Origin: a virus
IMG/VR virus record: IMGVR_UViG_3300037310_000404
Coordinates: 32,001-96,000 of that record
Strand: one strand, 5' to 3'
DNA length: 64,000 nucleotides
The stretch's first letter is position 1. Every line of letters starts with the position of its first letter. Positions 11,587 through 21,185 of this stretch are shown in pieces. The translations under genes and the position numbers were made by a program. The notes beneath the pieces were generated by a model, which ran no database searches, was not told the DNA's origin, and worked only from the letters and a program-made list of their open reading frames with translations.

Positions 11587-11784
11587 ATGCCAAATTATTA
11601 TATAGTTCCAACAAGGATGCCTCAAGTGACGCCCCTGGGTATTTGTCCAGATATACCAGTGGGAATAGATTTTGAAGCCAGAGCATATGATGTTGATAAT
11701 TCAATATGCAAAATAAAAACTTTACGCAATGAGGTAATTGTTGGTGTAACTGAAATTACAGAAGCAGAGTATTTGGAAAACTAA
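11587..11784 (+). CDS. Small tail-associated hypothetical protein
   Basis: 65 aa, coupled to its neighbours in the tail operon. Confidence 0.5.
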   Translation: MPNYYIVPTRMPQVTPLGICPDIPVGIDFEARAYDVDNSICKIKTLRNEVIVGVTEITEAEYLEN

Positions 11785-12437
11785 TGACGTATTCTACATT
11801 ACTACATACAAGATACAGCGGCGTAGGTTCTGGCAACTATTCCGGAACTGACATAAATCAATTCGGTATTAATGTGTCTCCGATGGATCCAAACGTAGAG
11901 TATGTGCAGACTAATGGAAATCAGCTCATAATGCATGGTCATTCTCCAAATCCGGACCCATGGTCATTTTTTTACACTAACACAAATGACAGCCACATAG
12001 ATATCACAATGAATATAGAGGACTCTCAGGTGTATGATGGTACGCACTTTATTGAGTGCTGTGTTCGCGGGCAAGATCCATCGGGCGGAGCAGCTATAGT
12101 TTTCGGTGCTGGGGGATATGGGGTTTTATTAAACTCTGATGCGGATACGGTTTCGTGGTGGAAAATGTACCCATATTTATACCATCCAACATTAAAGTCA
12201 ATATCATACTCATTTTCTTGGCCAGCAAAAGTAAGACTGGTTATGGATGGAAAGATTTTAAATGTTTATATAAACGATGTTTTTATAGATAACTATGACT
12301 ATACATCAGAAGACAATATTAATGGTTATTCTTATGACTCTGGTTGCGTAGGGTTTAGGCAATATGGGGATTGGGACATGAAATTTAACGGAATTTTATA
12401 CAAAGGCGATAGACTTGACAACATATCGATAGGTTAA
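11784..12437 (+). CDS. Concanavalin A/LamG-like beta-sandwich tail protein
   Basis: Aromatic-rich, with KVRLVMDGKILNVYIND and GCVGFR segments typical of LamG/DUF1080-like folds. Confidence 0.45.
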   Translation: MTYSTLLHTRYSGVGSGNYSGTDINQFGINVSPMDPNVEYVQTNGNQLIMHGHSPNPDPWSFFYTNTNDSHIDITMNIEDSQVYDGTHFIECCVRGQDPSGGAAIVFGAGGYGVLLNSDADTVSWWKMYPYLYHPTLKSISYSFSWPAKVRLVMDGKILNVYINDVFIDNYDYTSEDNINGYSYDSGCVGFRQYGDWDMKFNGILYKGDRLDNISIG

Positions 12438-12448
12438 CAGGAGAAGAA

Positions 12449-13393
12449 ATGACATATCCATTTTTTGTGCCTTCGGGCGTAAGCATATATCCGGAGATTA
12501 GCGGTGCCCAAGCGCTCGGAACCGCAAGCAGTCCATTTGCAAATATATATACCGATCAGCTTATTGTTAGCGGGACTGCTATATCATCCTCTGGAGCATC
12601 CGGGTACTCTGGCTTCTCTGGATATAGTGGTCCAACTGGTATTTCTGGGTTTAGTGGTTACAGTGGACCCACTGGAGTAAGCGGATTCTCTGGTTATTCA
12701 GGACCCACCGGAATAAGCGGTTTTAGTGGCTATTCTGGTCCTACTGGCGTGAGTGGATTTTCTGGCTTCTCTGGTTTCTCTGGACCAACAGGAACCTCTG
12801 GATTAGAAAAACCTGCCAGCACAACGTCATCCGGAATCGCCATATGGTCTGGAACCGGAGCTGCTGGTCTTCTTAACACAAACATAACTATCGATAACGC
12901 CAATCTTGGGGTTATGACATTACCATCTGGCGGAAGCATACTAAATTCTGTTTCTGGAATTAATATACTTGGCTCTGTATCAAATCCATTTTCTGGAATA
13001 TTTGCCTCAACTATTATCGGCGAAACTAGAATGCTGAACTATGTAATAGATGGCGGAGGATCTACGATAGCGTCTGGATCTGCCGGATTTGTAGAAATAC
13101 CCTATAACATGAATGCGCTTTCGTGGGACCTGCTTGGAAACACTTCTGGGTCTCTTTCTGTAGATGTAAGAAGAGCAACATACGCCAGTTGGTCCGGAAC
13201 CGGGATTGCGGTTGGTAATTCTATAGTCGGATCAGAAAAACCTACCATAAGTAGCGCGTTTAAGGGTCAAGATACAGCCTTAACGACTTGGTCGGGGATA
13301 AGCACGGGAGACATTTTAGAGTTTTTTGTGGATGCTACTCCATCCGGAATATCCAGGGCAACTTTGGCCCTTAGACTTCGTAGGAATTCATAA
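12449..13393 (+). CDS. Collagen-like tail fibre protein
   Basis: Contains 23 uninterrupted Gly-X-Y triplets plus SGxxxLGxxSxPF modules. Confidence 0.75.
   Translation: MTYPFFVPSGVSIYPEISGAQALGTASSPFANIYTDQLIVSGTAISSSGASGYSGFSGYSGPTGISGFSGYSGPTGVSGFSGYSGPTGISGFSGYSGPTGVSGFSGFSGFSGPTGTSGLEKPASTTSSGIAIWSGTGAAGLLNTNITIDNANLGVMTLPSGGSILNSVSGINILGSVSNPFSGIFASTIIGETRMLNYVIDGGGSTIASGSAGFVEIPYNMNALSWDLLGNTSGSLSVDVRRATYASWSGTGIAVGNSIVGSEKPTISSAFKGQDTALTTWSGISTGDILEFFVDATPSGISRATLALRLRRNS
12593..12799 (+). repeat. Gly-X-Y repeat, 12-aa unit G(I/V)SGFSGYSGPT
   Basis: Translated directly: GAS GYS GFS GYS GPT GIS GFS GYS GPT GVS ... GPT GTS. Copies have synonymously diverged codons. Confidence 0.95.
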
Positions 13394-13626
13394 TGGCCGC
13401 GTACGATATTTTATACTACGACTTTCCGGGACATCAACATTTTCTAGATGGTGGTATAATTACAATAAAACCAAGCGGGGCTGCATGGACTGAAGAAGAG
13501 CTGTCTCTTGGCGTAAAAGTTTCATTAGATCTTGAAGACTGGCAATTGCAAGAAATAGTTCCTAATATTATAGATTTTAAGGTGAATAATAAACCAAATC
13601 CATCATCTCTGATCAGAGGAAGATAA
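13393..13626 (+). CDS. Small tail-associated hypothetical protein
   Basis: 77 aa, with stop/start overlaps on both sides. Confidence 0.5.
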   Translation: MAAYDILYYDFPGHQHFLDGGIITIKPSGAAWTEEELSLGVKVSLDLEDWQLQEIVPNIIDFKVNNKPNPSSLIRGR

Positions 13627-14360
13627 TGCCGATAGCATTTGGAAACGATTATACACTATCAACAACGTCTACTTCAAACACGAGAACGGATGCGCTAACA
13701 TTTGGGTCTACCGGTAGCAACGCATTATTATTCGTATTAATCGAGGCTGCCGACAATAATTGGTCAACTCCAATAACCGTTGAGTATGGCGGTATTGCAA
13801 TGACATCTGTTGGTGGAAAATTAGGATACGCTGGAGCCGGAACTACAACATATAAAGAGTTGTACTATATCAATAATAATTTAGCATCTGGACAAAATCT
13901 TTTTATAAATAGTAATGCAACAACCGGGCTTGGGGAGAATGGGGCAAAAAGTTGGATATATCGTTATTGGACATATGGCGGGGTCGGCAGTATCGGAACA
14001 ACTAAAATAAATACTACTGATTTCACCACATCGGCATCGGGAAGTCCGGTAAGTGTGTCGTTTAATTTTACGCCCTCTTCTGCGGCAAGTACTATAGTAC
14101 AGCTGTTGCCTGGAAATTCAATATCAACAACCACGACAACGTACGGATCTACCACAGGAACAATGAGGCAGGATATTACTCCAACCACCTACGGATCGTC
14201 ATCTGGGTGGCTAGCTTTTTCGGATTATACGCCAGGATCAACTGCGACATACAGCGTTTCCCAGAGTTTTAATCCTAATTTTACAAGCGCCACTGGTTAC
14301 GGCTGGGCAATGGAGCTAATTCCTCCAGGATCTAGAAATACTCAGGCAGTGTTTATTTAA
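13626..14360 (+). CDS. Ser/Thr-rich tail-tip accessory protein
   Basis: Ser/Thr/Gly-rich, beta-type composition, last gene of the operon. Confidence 0.45.
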   Translation: MPIAFGNDYTLSTTSTSNTRTDALTFGSTGSNALLFVLIEAADNNWSTPITVEYGGIAMTSVGGKLGYAGAGTTTYKELYYINNNLASGQNLFINSNATTGLGENGAKSWIYRYWTYGGVGSIGTTKINTTDFTTSASGSPVSVSFNFTPSSAASTIVQLLPGNSISTTTTTYGSTTGTMRQDITPTTYGSSSGWLAFSDYTPGSTATYSVSQSFNPNFTSATGYGWAMELIPPGSRNTQAVFI

Positions 14361-14361
14361 T

Positions 14362-14416
14362 TAATTAATTAATCTATTTTGTCTTGATTTTATAAAATTT
14401 AATATAATAGATAGGA
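14362..14416 (+). promoter_or_regulatory. Second copy of the TAATTAATTAATC / TTTTATAAAA / ATAGATAGGA motif, with TATAAT and an RBS
   Basis: Direct match to the elements at 4802-4851. Confidence 0.5.
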
Positions 14417-14426
14417 GAAATATACC

Positions 14427-14753
14427 ATGGAATTTCCATTCTTTAAAAAGGTCTTTCGCAAACTAGGCCAATATATCAGTTTGCTAGACGACATAATCGT
14501 TGACACATTAACAGACTTCAAGAGCCTACGTTATCAGCTGGTAATTTGGGCATATATACTTAATTTTTCAGTTTTAGGACTAGTCTATCTCGGGAAGGCT
14601 GATTACAAACTGGCTGGGGTAAGCATTGCTTTGCTGACCGCCGTTTACCATTTTTTCTTTAAGTCAAAGGAAAAACAGGCGCTGCTAGAAAATGCTGTTA
14701 GCGAAACTGATGCGGAGCCACCTGTAGACGACAGAGATCCTGATAAATTATAA
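14427..14753 (+). CDS. Membrane protein, holin-like
   Basis: Two hydrophobic segments (LVIWAYILNFSVLGLVYLG, LAGVSIALLTAVYHFFF) and a charged C-terminus. Confidence 0.45.
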   Translation: MEFPFFKKVFRKLGQYISLLDDIIVDTLTDFKSLRYQLVIWAYILNFSVLGLVYLGKADYKLAGVSIALLTAVYHFFFKSKEKQALLENAVSETDAEPPVDDRDPDKL

Positions 14754-14777
14754 ATCCCGAAAAGGAAGGTAGACATT

Positions 14778-15509
14778 ATGGTATGGTTAAACGTAGCAAA
14801 AGGGATCATTACATGGCTTTGGGCGCATAAGAATATCGCAGCCTATATCGTCATGGCAGTGATTATAGCTTTTTTGACGTGGAGAAATAAAAATTTAAAA
14901 ATTGCTAATCAGACTATGACTATCGAAAGGGGTCAGCTGCCTGATAATATAGAATTTATAGCCGAATTAAAGGGGACCAAATTCAAGATCACATATAGGG
15001 ATTCTAAAAACAATATAGTTCATAAAGAATATTATGTTCCAAAAGAAGGCGGCTTAACATTTACAAAGTATGTTGATTTGAAGAAGTATGATCCAAATTC
15101 AGGATTTTCTGATAAGACAGCCTCAGCACCACGCCCTCCTGTACTAACCAATCCAATATCAAACTTCATTAATAACGTATTTGGGCCAAAGAAGGAAGAG
15201 GGCTCCAATATTAACGTTAAGTGGTACGGGTTTACGTTCCGGCCTGGTTTTTCCGCTATCTATGATGGTGGACTTGTATCAAAACGACCGATCACCGTAG
15301 CGCTCGATGCAAAGTTGTTCTATATAAGCAGATACTCTAGCGGTCTTGGTTCGTCTCTTGAATATCCATACGTATTCGCATCAAGACATATCGATGACAT
15401 AATTCCATTTATACCGGTAGAAAACCTAGAAATTCAAGTTATCTACGGAAGACCTTATGAAGACTTTTCAGGATCAGTATTTGGACTAGGCGGGAGAACC
15501 AACTTCTAA
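14778..15509 (+). CDS. Membrane-anchored hypothetical protein
   Basis: N-terminal TM segment IAAYIVMAVIIAFLTW; ends in Phe after beta-strand-like segments. Confidence 0.5.
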   Translation: MVWLNVAKGIITWLWAHKNIAAYIVMAVIIAFLTWRNKNLKIANQTMTIERGQLPDNIEFIAELKGTKFKITYRDSKNNIVHKEYYVPKEGGLTFTKYVDLKKYDPNSGFSDKTASAPRPPVLTNPISNFINNVFGPKKEEGSNINVKWYGFTFRPGFSAIYDGGLVSKRPITVALDAKLFYISRYSSGLGSSLEYPYVFASRHIDDIIPFIPVENLEIQVIYGRPYEDFSGSVFGLGGRTNF

Positions 15510-16144
15510 TGGTACTAGATCCCTTAACACAAGATTCCATTCTCGGGCTCATCATATTAAATCAAGATGTGCTTGCTCAGGATCTATATAACCATACGGA
15601 GGGAATTTATTATTCTCGCATGTTCCAGAAGCCATCTAATCATATCTGGTATCAATTGAGTTGGATTGATAATCAATCGGTGCAAACTTTGGGATTGACT
15701 GATATTGATGTCAGAGTAAGAACCGGCGATACGCTCCCATATCTTTCGCCAATTACAAAGAAAAGATATACATTGGATCAAATCAATAATCAAATTAAAA
15801 ATTCAGACCCGAAAGACATAGATCAGCTATTGTATCATTGGCAGTTATCGCGCGCTACCTTGGGGTCTGATGCTGGCGGCGACGCTTCAATGGATGACTC
15901 TTCGCGTGTTTTCTTTGAATTGGGTACAACAGCGAATAGCGCGGTTTTAACAGCCGAAGATGATCCTGTGTGGAACTTCTGGAGTTTGCCGCATATCCAT
16001 AATATAAGCTATATCTCAAATAACTTAAGCCATGATTATCTACAACTGAGAATAGACCTAAAAAGTCTTGATTTAATCTCAAAAGTAGAGATGTATAAGA
16101 TAACTCTATCAAGCATATTAAAAAAGGATGCTGACAACACATGA
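15509..16144 (+). CDS. Hypothetical virion protein
   Basis: 211 aa, coupled between membrane genes and tail genes. Confidence 0.5.
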   Translation: MVLDPLTQDSILGLIILNQDVLAQDLYNHTEGIYYSRMFQKPSNHIWYQLSWIDNQSVQTLGLTDIDVRVRTGDTLPYLSPITKKRYTLDQINNQIKNSDPKDIDQLLYHWQLSRATLGSDAGGDASMDDSSRVFFELGTTANSAVLTAEDDPVWNFWSLPHIHNISYISNNLSHDYLQLRIDLKSLDLISKVEMYKITLSSILKKDADNT

Positions 16145-18597
16145 ATTTCCTTAAGACATTTTTCGGACAGATATTAAGAAAGTCTGACGTTGATTTTCAG
16201 AATCAGGGGGCCAGAAAAGCCGCCGTCCAGACTCATATCGACTATACAAGAAATGTTGGCGGTGTAGTATCGGGATTGGATGTCTATAGATCAGTTGATG
16301 GTCTGTCGCTTCTGATTACTCCTGGAGTTTTCTATAGCAAGGGAAGCTTCATCGACTCAAATTCTCAAGGTGGCGGCGAAAGGTGTCAGATTTACGCTAC
16401 GCAGACAATTACAGGATTTCCATCCACACCACCGCTTAATGGACAACCAACATATCTGGCTATCTATGCGAAACCAATAAGCCAAAACAATAATCCTGAT
16501 CCTGGACAATCTCAAACTGTAGTAACTTCAAAAAATATTCAAACTGGAGAAAATATTCCAGTTAGACAATACACTGCTGGCATTATTTCTTACACCAACC
16601 CAATATTGGCATCCGAAGTCGTAAATGTAAGAGGAACCGTTTTGGCCCTGGTCCAAGTTGATTATAACGGGGTCACGAAAACATCTTCAAGTTTATCGGT
16701 TCAGGCTATCAACACTTCTGTTAAAGAAGATTACTTGATTGCCGGATTGATCGACGTACCAAAACAGAGGCTTGCTCAATTAGCCATCGAAGATAATTTC
16801 ATTCAGGCCAGAATGATAGATGATGGACAAATTATTTCCAGACATTTGGCTGATGGTCTTATCACATCTCAAAAGCTTGCGGTATGGGACGGCGTGTCGA
16901 CTGGAACCTCTTCTGGATCTGGCGTTGCTACTGGGCATATTAAAGATGGAGCCGTAACGTCTGCCCAGCTTAATCCTACTGGCTCGTTAGATAGATTCTC
17001 TCCATCCAACTATATCTTTAACGGATCATTTGATATTGTTCCAAATACGGCTGCAGAACCAGATCTTGTTGGCTGGACTATATATAATCAAATAACTGGC
17101 AATATCGCCTATTCCGGAAACGCGGCTGGGGTATTCAAAACTTCTACCGAATCTGTGTTTGGCGGAAATTCTGCTGTTATCGTAGGAGCCGATCCTACCA
17201 AGGTTCCTGGTGGACTAGTTCAGGGAATAGCCTTATATCAAGATGTCAATTTTACCGACCAGAGATTAAATAATAAAGATATCATGGCTTCATTTTATAT
17301 GAAGACTGATAACTCTGTTCCCATAGCTATACCTGGTATTACCGGAATAACGGCTACTGTTCAATTTCTATCCAGTAATACCCCGATCGGCACGGCCAGC
17401 GTTATCGTTAATTATACTGGCGCAGCTATAGATTGGACCAGATTTAACACAATAACGCCAATCAGATTTACCGATACCAGCACTACGGCCGACGGAATCA
17501 GATTCATGATTTCTGGAAACACAACAAATGCTGTTAATGTATACATAGATAATGTGTTTATCGGCGTAACAAACTTGTTGCCAGCGTGGACGCCATCAAG
17601 AGCAGATCTTGAATATTCAGATACGCTTAATAAAGCTAATGTAAACGCAGTTAATATTAATGCCACCAATATTATTACAAATAACATAACAGCTACAGCC
17701 TATAACTCTGTGGCTTCTGGAGTTTCTACCGTTGGAGCTATAAGCAATCCGTTCCAATCAATCAATGCCGATAACATCTATACAGGTGGCGAGCACTTAT
17801 ATTTGCAGACTGATAAGTTTGTATGTTTTACTGGAGTTGGAACATTCAATTGGGTTGTTCCACAAACTACTACTTATATTTCAATAGAGGCCGTTGGCGC
17901 GGGCGGCGGTGGAAGCGCTGGATCTGATGACTCTTCAATTTATGCCATTACGGCAAGCGAATGCGGTATTGGCGGTGGCGGAGGTGGTGCTGGGCAATAT
18001 GTAAAACAAACTATCGCCGTAGTTCCTGGAGAGGTTCTGCAAATAGCAGTCGGCGATGGTGGCAATGGTGGATTTGCTGGTGCCTTCACTGATAATATTA
18101 CTTTATATAATGGACAAAGCGGAACCAGTACTATAATAACTAGGCTCTCAAACAACAGCGTCTTGCTTCAGGCCTCGGCGGGTGCTGGTGGCGGATTGGC
18201 GTCGGGAGCAAACCTCATACGAAACGGCGGTTCTGGTGGTGGGGCATCTTATTTTTCCGTGAATACTATCAGTGTCAAGGGGCAGAATGGAGAAGCTGGG
18301 AATAACTATGGGCCAAGCCCGTTCCAGATTGGGCTTGTAGATAACTGCGGTGGCACTGGTGGCAGCGTAAAGGTTGGATCTTTTTCTTCTTCTGGCGGAT
18401 CTAGGGGCCTGGGATATACAGCTGGCGGATCGCATCCAGCCAATGTTTTACAAAATGGCGGGGGTGGTGCAGGTCCTGGCACCGGCGGTGGCGGGGGTGG
18501 TGGCAGCCGTTCTGGAGTCGCTAGTTCAGATCCTCTTGGAAGTCGTGGCGGCTATGGGGGAAAGGGAGCGCCTGGTGCTGCTATAATAAAATACTAA
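16141..18597 (+). CDS. Tail fibre/spike paralog 1 (CBM-like domain, glycine-rich C-terminus)
   Basis: NYIFNGSF carbohydrate-binding-like motif, GAGGGG glycine-rich tail, N-terminus nearly identical to 18600..21164. Confidence 0.7.
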   Translation: MNFLKTFFGQILRKSDVDFQNQGARKAAVQTHIDYTRNVGGVVSGLDVYRSVDGLSLLITPGVFYSKGSFIDSNSQGGGERCQIYATQTITGFPSTPPLNGQPTYLAIYAKPISQNNNPDPGQSQTVVTSKNIQTGENIPVRQYTAGIISYTNPILASEVVNVRGTVLALVQVDYNGVTKTSSSLSVQAINTSVKEDYLIAGLIDVPKQRLAQLAIEDNFIQARMIDDGQIISRHLADGLITSQKLAVWDGVSTGTSSGSGVATGHIKDGAVTSAQLNPTGSLDRFSPSNYIFNGSFDIVPNTAAEPDLVGWTIYNQITGNIAYSGNAAGVFKTSTESVFGGNSAVIVGADPTKVPGGLVQGIALYQDVNFTDQRLNNKDIMASFYMKTDNSVPIAIPGITGITATVQFLSSNTPIGTASVIVNYTGAAIDWTRFNTITPIRFTDTSTTADGIRFMISGNTTNAVNVYIDNVFIGVTNLLPAWTPSRADLEYSDTLNKANVNAVNINATNIITNNITATAYNSVASGVSTVGAISNPFQSINADNIYTGGEHLYLQTDKFVCFTGVGTFNWVVPQTTTYISIEAVGAGGGGSAGSDDSSIYAITASECGIGGGGGGAGQYVKQTIAVVPGEVLQIAVGDGGNGGFAGAFTDNITLYNGQSGTSTIITRLSNNSVLLQASAGAGGGLASGANLIRNGGSGGGASYFSVNTISVKGQNGEAGNNYGPSPFQIGLVDNCGGTGGSVKVGSFSSSGGSRGLGYTAGGSHPANVLQNGGGGAGPGTGGGGGGGSRSGVASSDPLGSRGGYGGKGAPGAAIIKY

Positions 18598-18599
18598 CT

Positions 18600-21164
18600 A
18601 TGAATTTCCTAAAAACATTTTTTGGACAAATATTTAGAAAATCAGATATTGATTTTCAGAATTTTGGAGTCAGGGGCGCAATGGTCTCTGCTCACGTTGA
18701 TTTGTCTTTGAAAAATGGCGGAATTATCAGCGGTCTAAATTTGAGCAAGTCTATCGACAATAAGAGTATAACGGTTTCTCCTGGTGTTTTTTACAGTAAG
18801 GGGGATTTGTCGTCAGAAAACTCTCAGGGCGGAGGAGAGAGATGTCAGGTTTTCTCAACGCAGACAATAACCGGGCTTCCTGAAACACCGATAATCGTTG
18901 GCCAACAAACGTATCTTTTGATCTACGCAAAATCTACGCCTCAGAATAATAACCCTGACCCAACGGCATCTCAAACTATTTCTACATCAAAAAATGTAGC
19001 CACAAATGAGAATTTGCCAATTAGACAATATAACGGCGGTATCGTTGTTGTCACAAATCCAATTTTAAGAGCAGAGGTTGATAATATAGGCGGAGTGCCA
19101 ATCGCTCTATTAACTACGGATTCTGGCGGCAACATATTGACTCTAGACTTGAGCGTAAGACATAATTATGCAATTGGCGGAATTATAGATGTTCCGGAGC
19201 AGAGACTGTTGGATGTTGCGTTTTCTGATAATTTCATAATATCCAGAATGATCGATAACAATCAAGCCGTGTATGATAAGCTAGGAGAAGGCTTAGTTAT
19301 TTCCAATAAAATTGCTCTTTGGGACGGTATTTCCGAAACAGCCGCCTCTGGTTCTGGAATATCAACTGCTCATTTTAAGAGTGGGGTTGTTTCTGGTCCT
19401 AAACTTAGCCCGTCCTATGCCCTAGACCAGTACTCTTCTAAGAATTTTATTTTCAATGGATCTTTTGAAATTACTAAAAATACACCATCTGAGCCAGATA
19501 TGGTTGGATGGGACATCTACAATCAGGCTACCGGTGATGGTCTCTATTTCGGTCCACCAGCACTTGTTCAGAGAACAATAACTGAAGCAAACACCGGCTT
19601 TTATTCTGCCATGCTCCAAGGCGCGGATCCCAACTTTATTGCTGGTGGAAAAGTTTATGGGGTATCTATTTACCAAGATACCGCATTTCAAAATTTTCCA
19701 AATTTAAATAATTTAGATATCATGTCTTCTTTTTATATGAAGACATCTGCTCCCGTACCGGTAAACGTGTCAGGAGTATCCGGCATAAACGCTAGCATTC
19801 AATTCATATCCTCCGGATCCCTTGTTGATAGAGAATATACTATTGTCAATTATACTGGGGGTACATTGGGAGAATGGACAAGATTTCAAACAAACGAGCC
19901 AATAAAATATACTGGTAATCATATAGTTGATAGCATCAGATTTAGAATTTCTGGTAATATAACTAACTCTATAGCCATATTTATTGATGATGTATATGTG
20001 GGACCGTCTGATGTATTGGCTCCATGGGCACCATCGGATGCAGATTCGGATTACTCTAATGTTCTAAATATTAGAAATTTGAATATTAGCAATAATATTA
20101 TTAGCACGAACGTAGTTTCTGCTGGCATAACTGGAAATATACAATCTGCCGGGGCCGGTGTTAGCACGCTTGGCAGCCAAGCCAATCCTGTTAATTCTAT
20201 TTTTACAAACGATATAAATATACTCGGTCAAAAATATATTCCAGGGGCTCATAATTTTGTGGTTATAACTGGAACCGGATTAGTGTATTGGACAATACCG
20301 AGTGATGTAACCCATGTCGTAGCTGAGTTATGGGGCGCGGGCGGTGGTGGTGCCGCTGGAACTGACACCACTAGTTCTGGGGTTTATGCTCCTGTTCGAG
20401 GCCACGGTGGCGGAGGCGGCGGGGCTGGGCAGTATGTAAGAACGCTAATCCCGGGTGTTCTAAATCAGACCATCGTTGCAGATCTTGGAATTGGTGGCTC
20501 GGGTGGAATTGCCGGTGTTTCCGGAGCACCAATAAGCCAGTATCGCGGGAAAAATGGAACATCTACATTCCTCCGAGATACTGGAGGAGCCGTGCTGGCT
20601 GAAGCTATTGGCGGTTATGGCGGAGGATTTGGATACATAACTGGTGTTCTTACTCCAGTTGGAAATCCATACCTTTATAATTTTAGCAGCGGTGTGTTCG
20701 GCGGTTTCAGCACCTATTCGATTCTCGTGCCAACTACTATATCTTCAGGAGTTATTCTCGGTGGTTCTGGTGGCGGCTATTCATTATATCAGAACAACTC
20801 ACTATTCTTAGCTGGGGAAAATGGACAAGACTCAAATCAAGAGTTAAGGTCCAGTACGGTCCAGTTTACAGCTCCTGGCTGGGGCGGAGCGCTTGGACTC
20901 CCTGTGGCAATAACAAACAACGGCGGCTATGGTGGCGCGGCACATGGGTTTGAGGATCTTAGAGCAGCCGGAGGACTAGGGTTTTATGTTCCTAGCGGCG
21001 CAACATCTCCAGCGAGAACTCCTGATGCGGTATTCAATGGGATGACTGGAACTCTTGGCGCAGGTGGTGGTGGCGGCGGCGGAACTTTGGTTTACCCGGA
21101 AGTTCCGTATAGTGGCGGCAATGGTGGCCCAGGTGGAAATGGTTTTGTAATACTACACTACTAA
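18600..21164 (+). CDS. Tail fibre/spike paralog 2
   Basis: MNFLKTFFGQI.RKSD.DFQN N-terminus and collinear domain order with 16141..18597. Confidence 0.7.
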   Translation: MNFLKTFFGQIFRKSDIDFQNFGVRGAMVSAHVDLSLKNGGIISGLNLSKSIDNKSITVSPGVFYSKGDLSSENSQGGGERCQVFSTQTITGLPETPIIVGQQTYLLIYAKSTPQNNNPDPTASQTISTSKNVATNENLPIRQYNGGIVVVTNPILRAEVDNIGGVPIALLTTDSGGNILTLDLSVRHNYAIGGIIDVPEQRLLDVAFSDNFIISRMIDNNQAVYDKLGEGLVISNKIALWDGISETAASGSGISTAHFKSGVVSGPKLSPSYALDQYSSKNFIFNGSFEITKNTPSEPDMVGWDIYNQATGDGLYFGPPALVQRTITEANTGFYSAMLQGADPNFIAGGKVYGVSIYQDTAFQNFPNLNNLDIMSSFYMKTSAPVPVNVSGVSGINASIQFISSGSLVDREYTIVNYTGGTLGEWTRFQTNEPIKYTGNHIVDSIRFRISGNITNSIAIFIDDVYVGPSDVLAPWAPSDADSDYSNVLNIRNLNISNNIISTNVVSAGITGNIQSAGAGVSTLGSQANPVNSIFTNDINILGQKYIPGAHNFVVITGTGLVYWTIPSDVTHVVAELWGAGGGGAAGTDTTSSGVYAPVRGHGGGGGGAGQYVRTLIPGVLNQTIVADLGIGGSGGIAGVSGAPISQYRGKNGTSTFLRDTGGAVLAEAIGGYGGGFGYITGVLTPVGNPYLYNFSSGVFGGFSTYSILVPTTISSGVILGGSGGGYSLYQNNSLFLAGENGQDSNQELRSSTVQFTAPGWGGALGLPVAITNNGGYGGAAHGFEDLRAAGGLGFYVPSGATSPARTPDAVFNGMTGTLGAGGGGGGGTLVYPEVPYSGGNGGPGGNGFVILHY

Positions 21165-21185
21165 CAAATAAAATAAGGATAAAAC

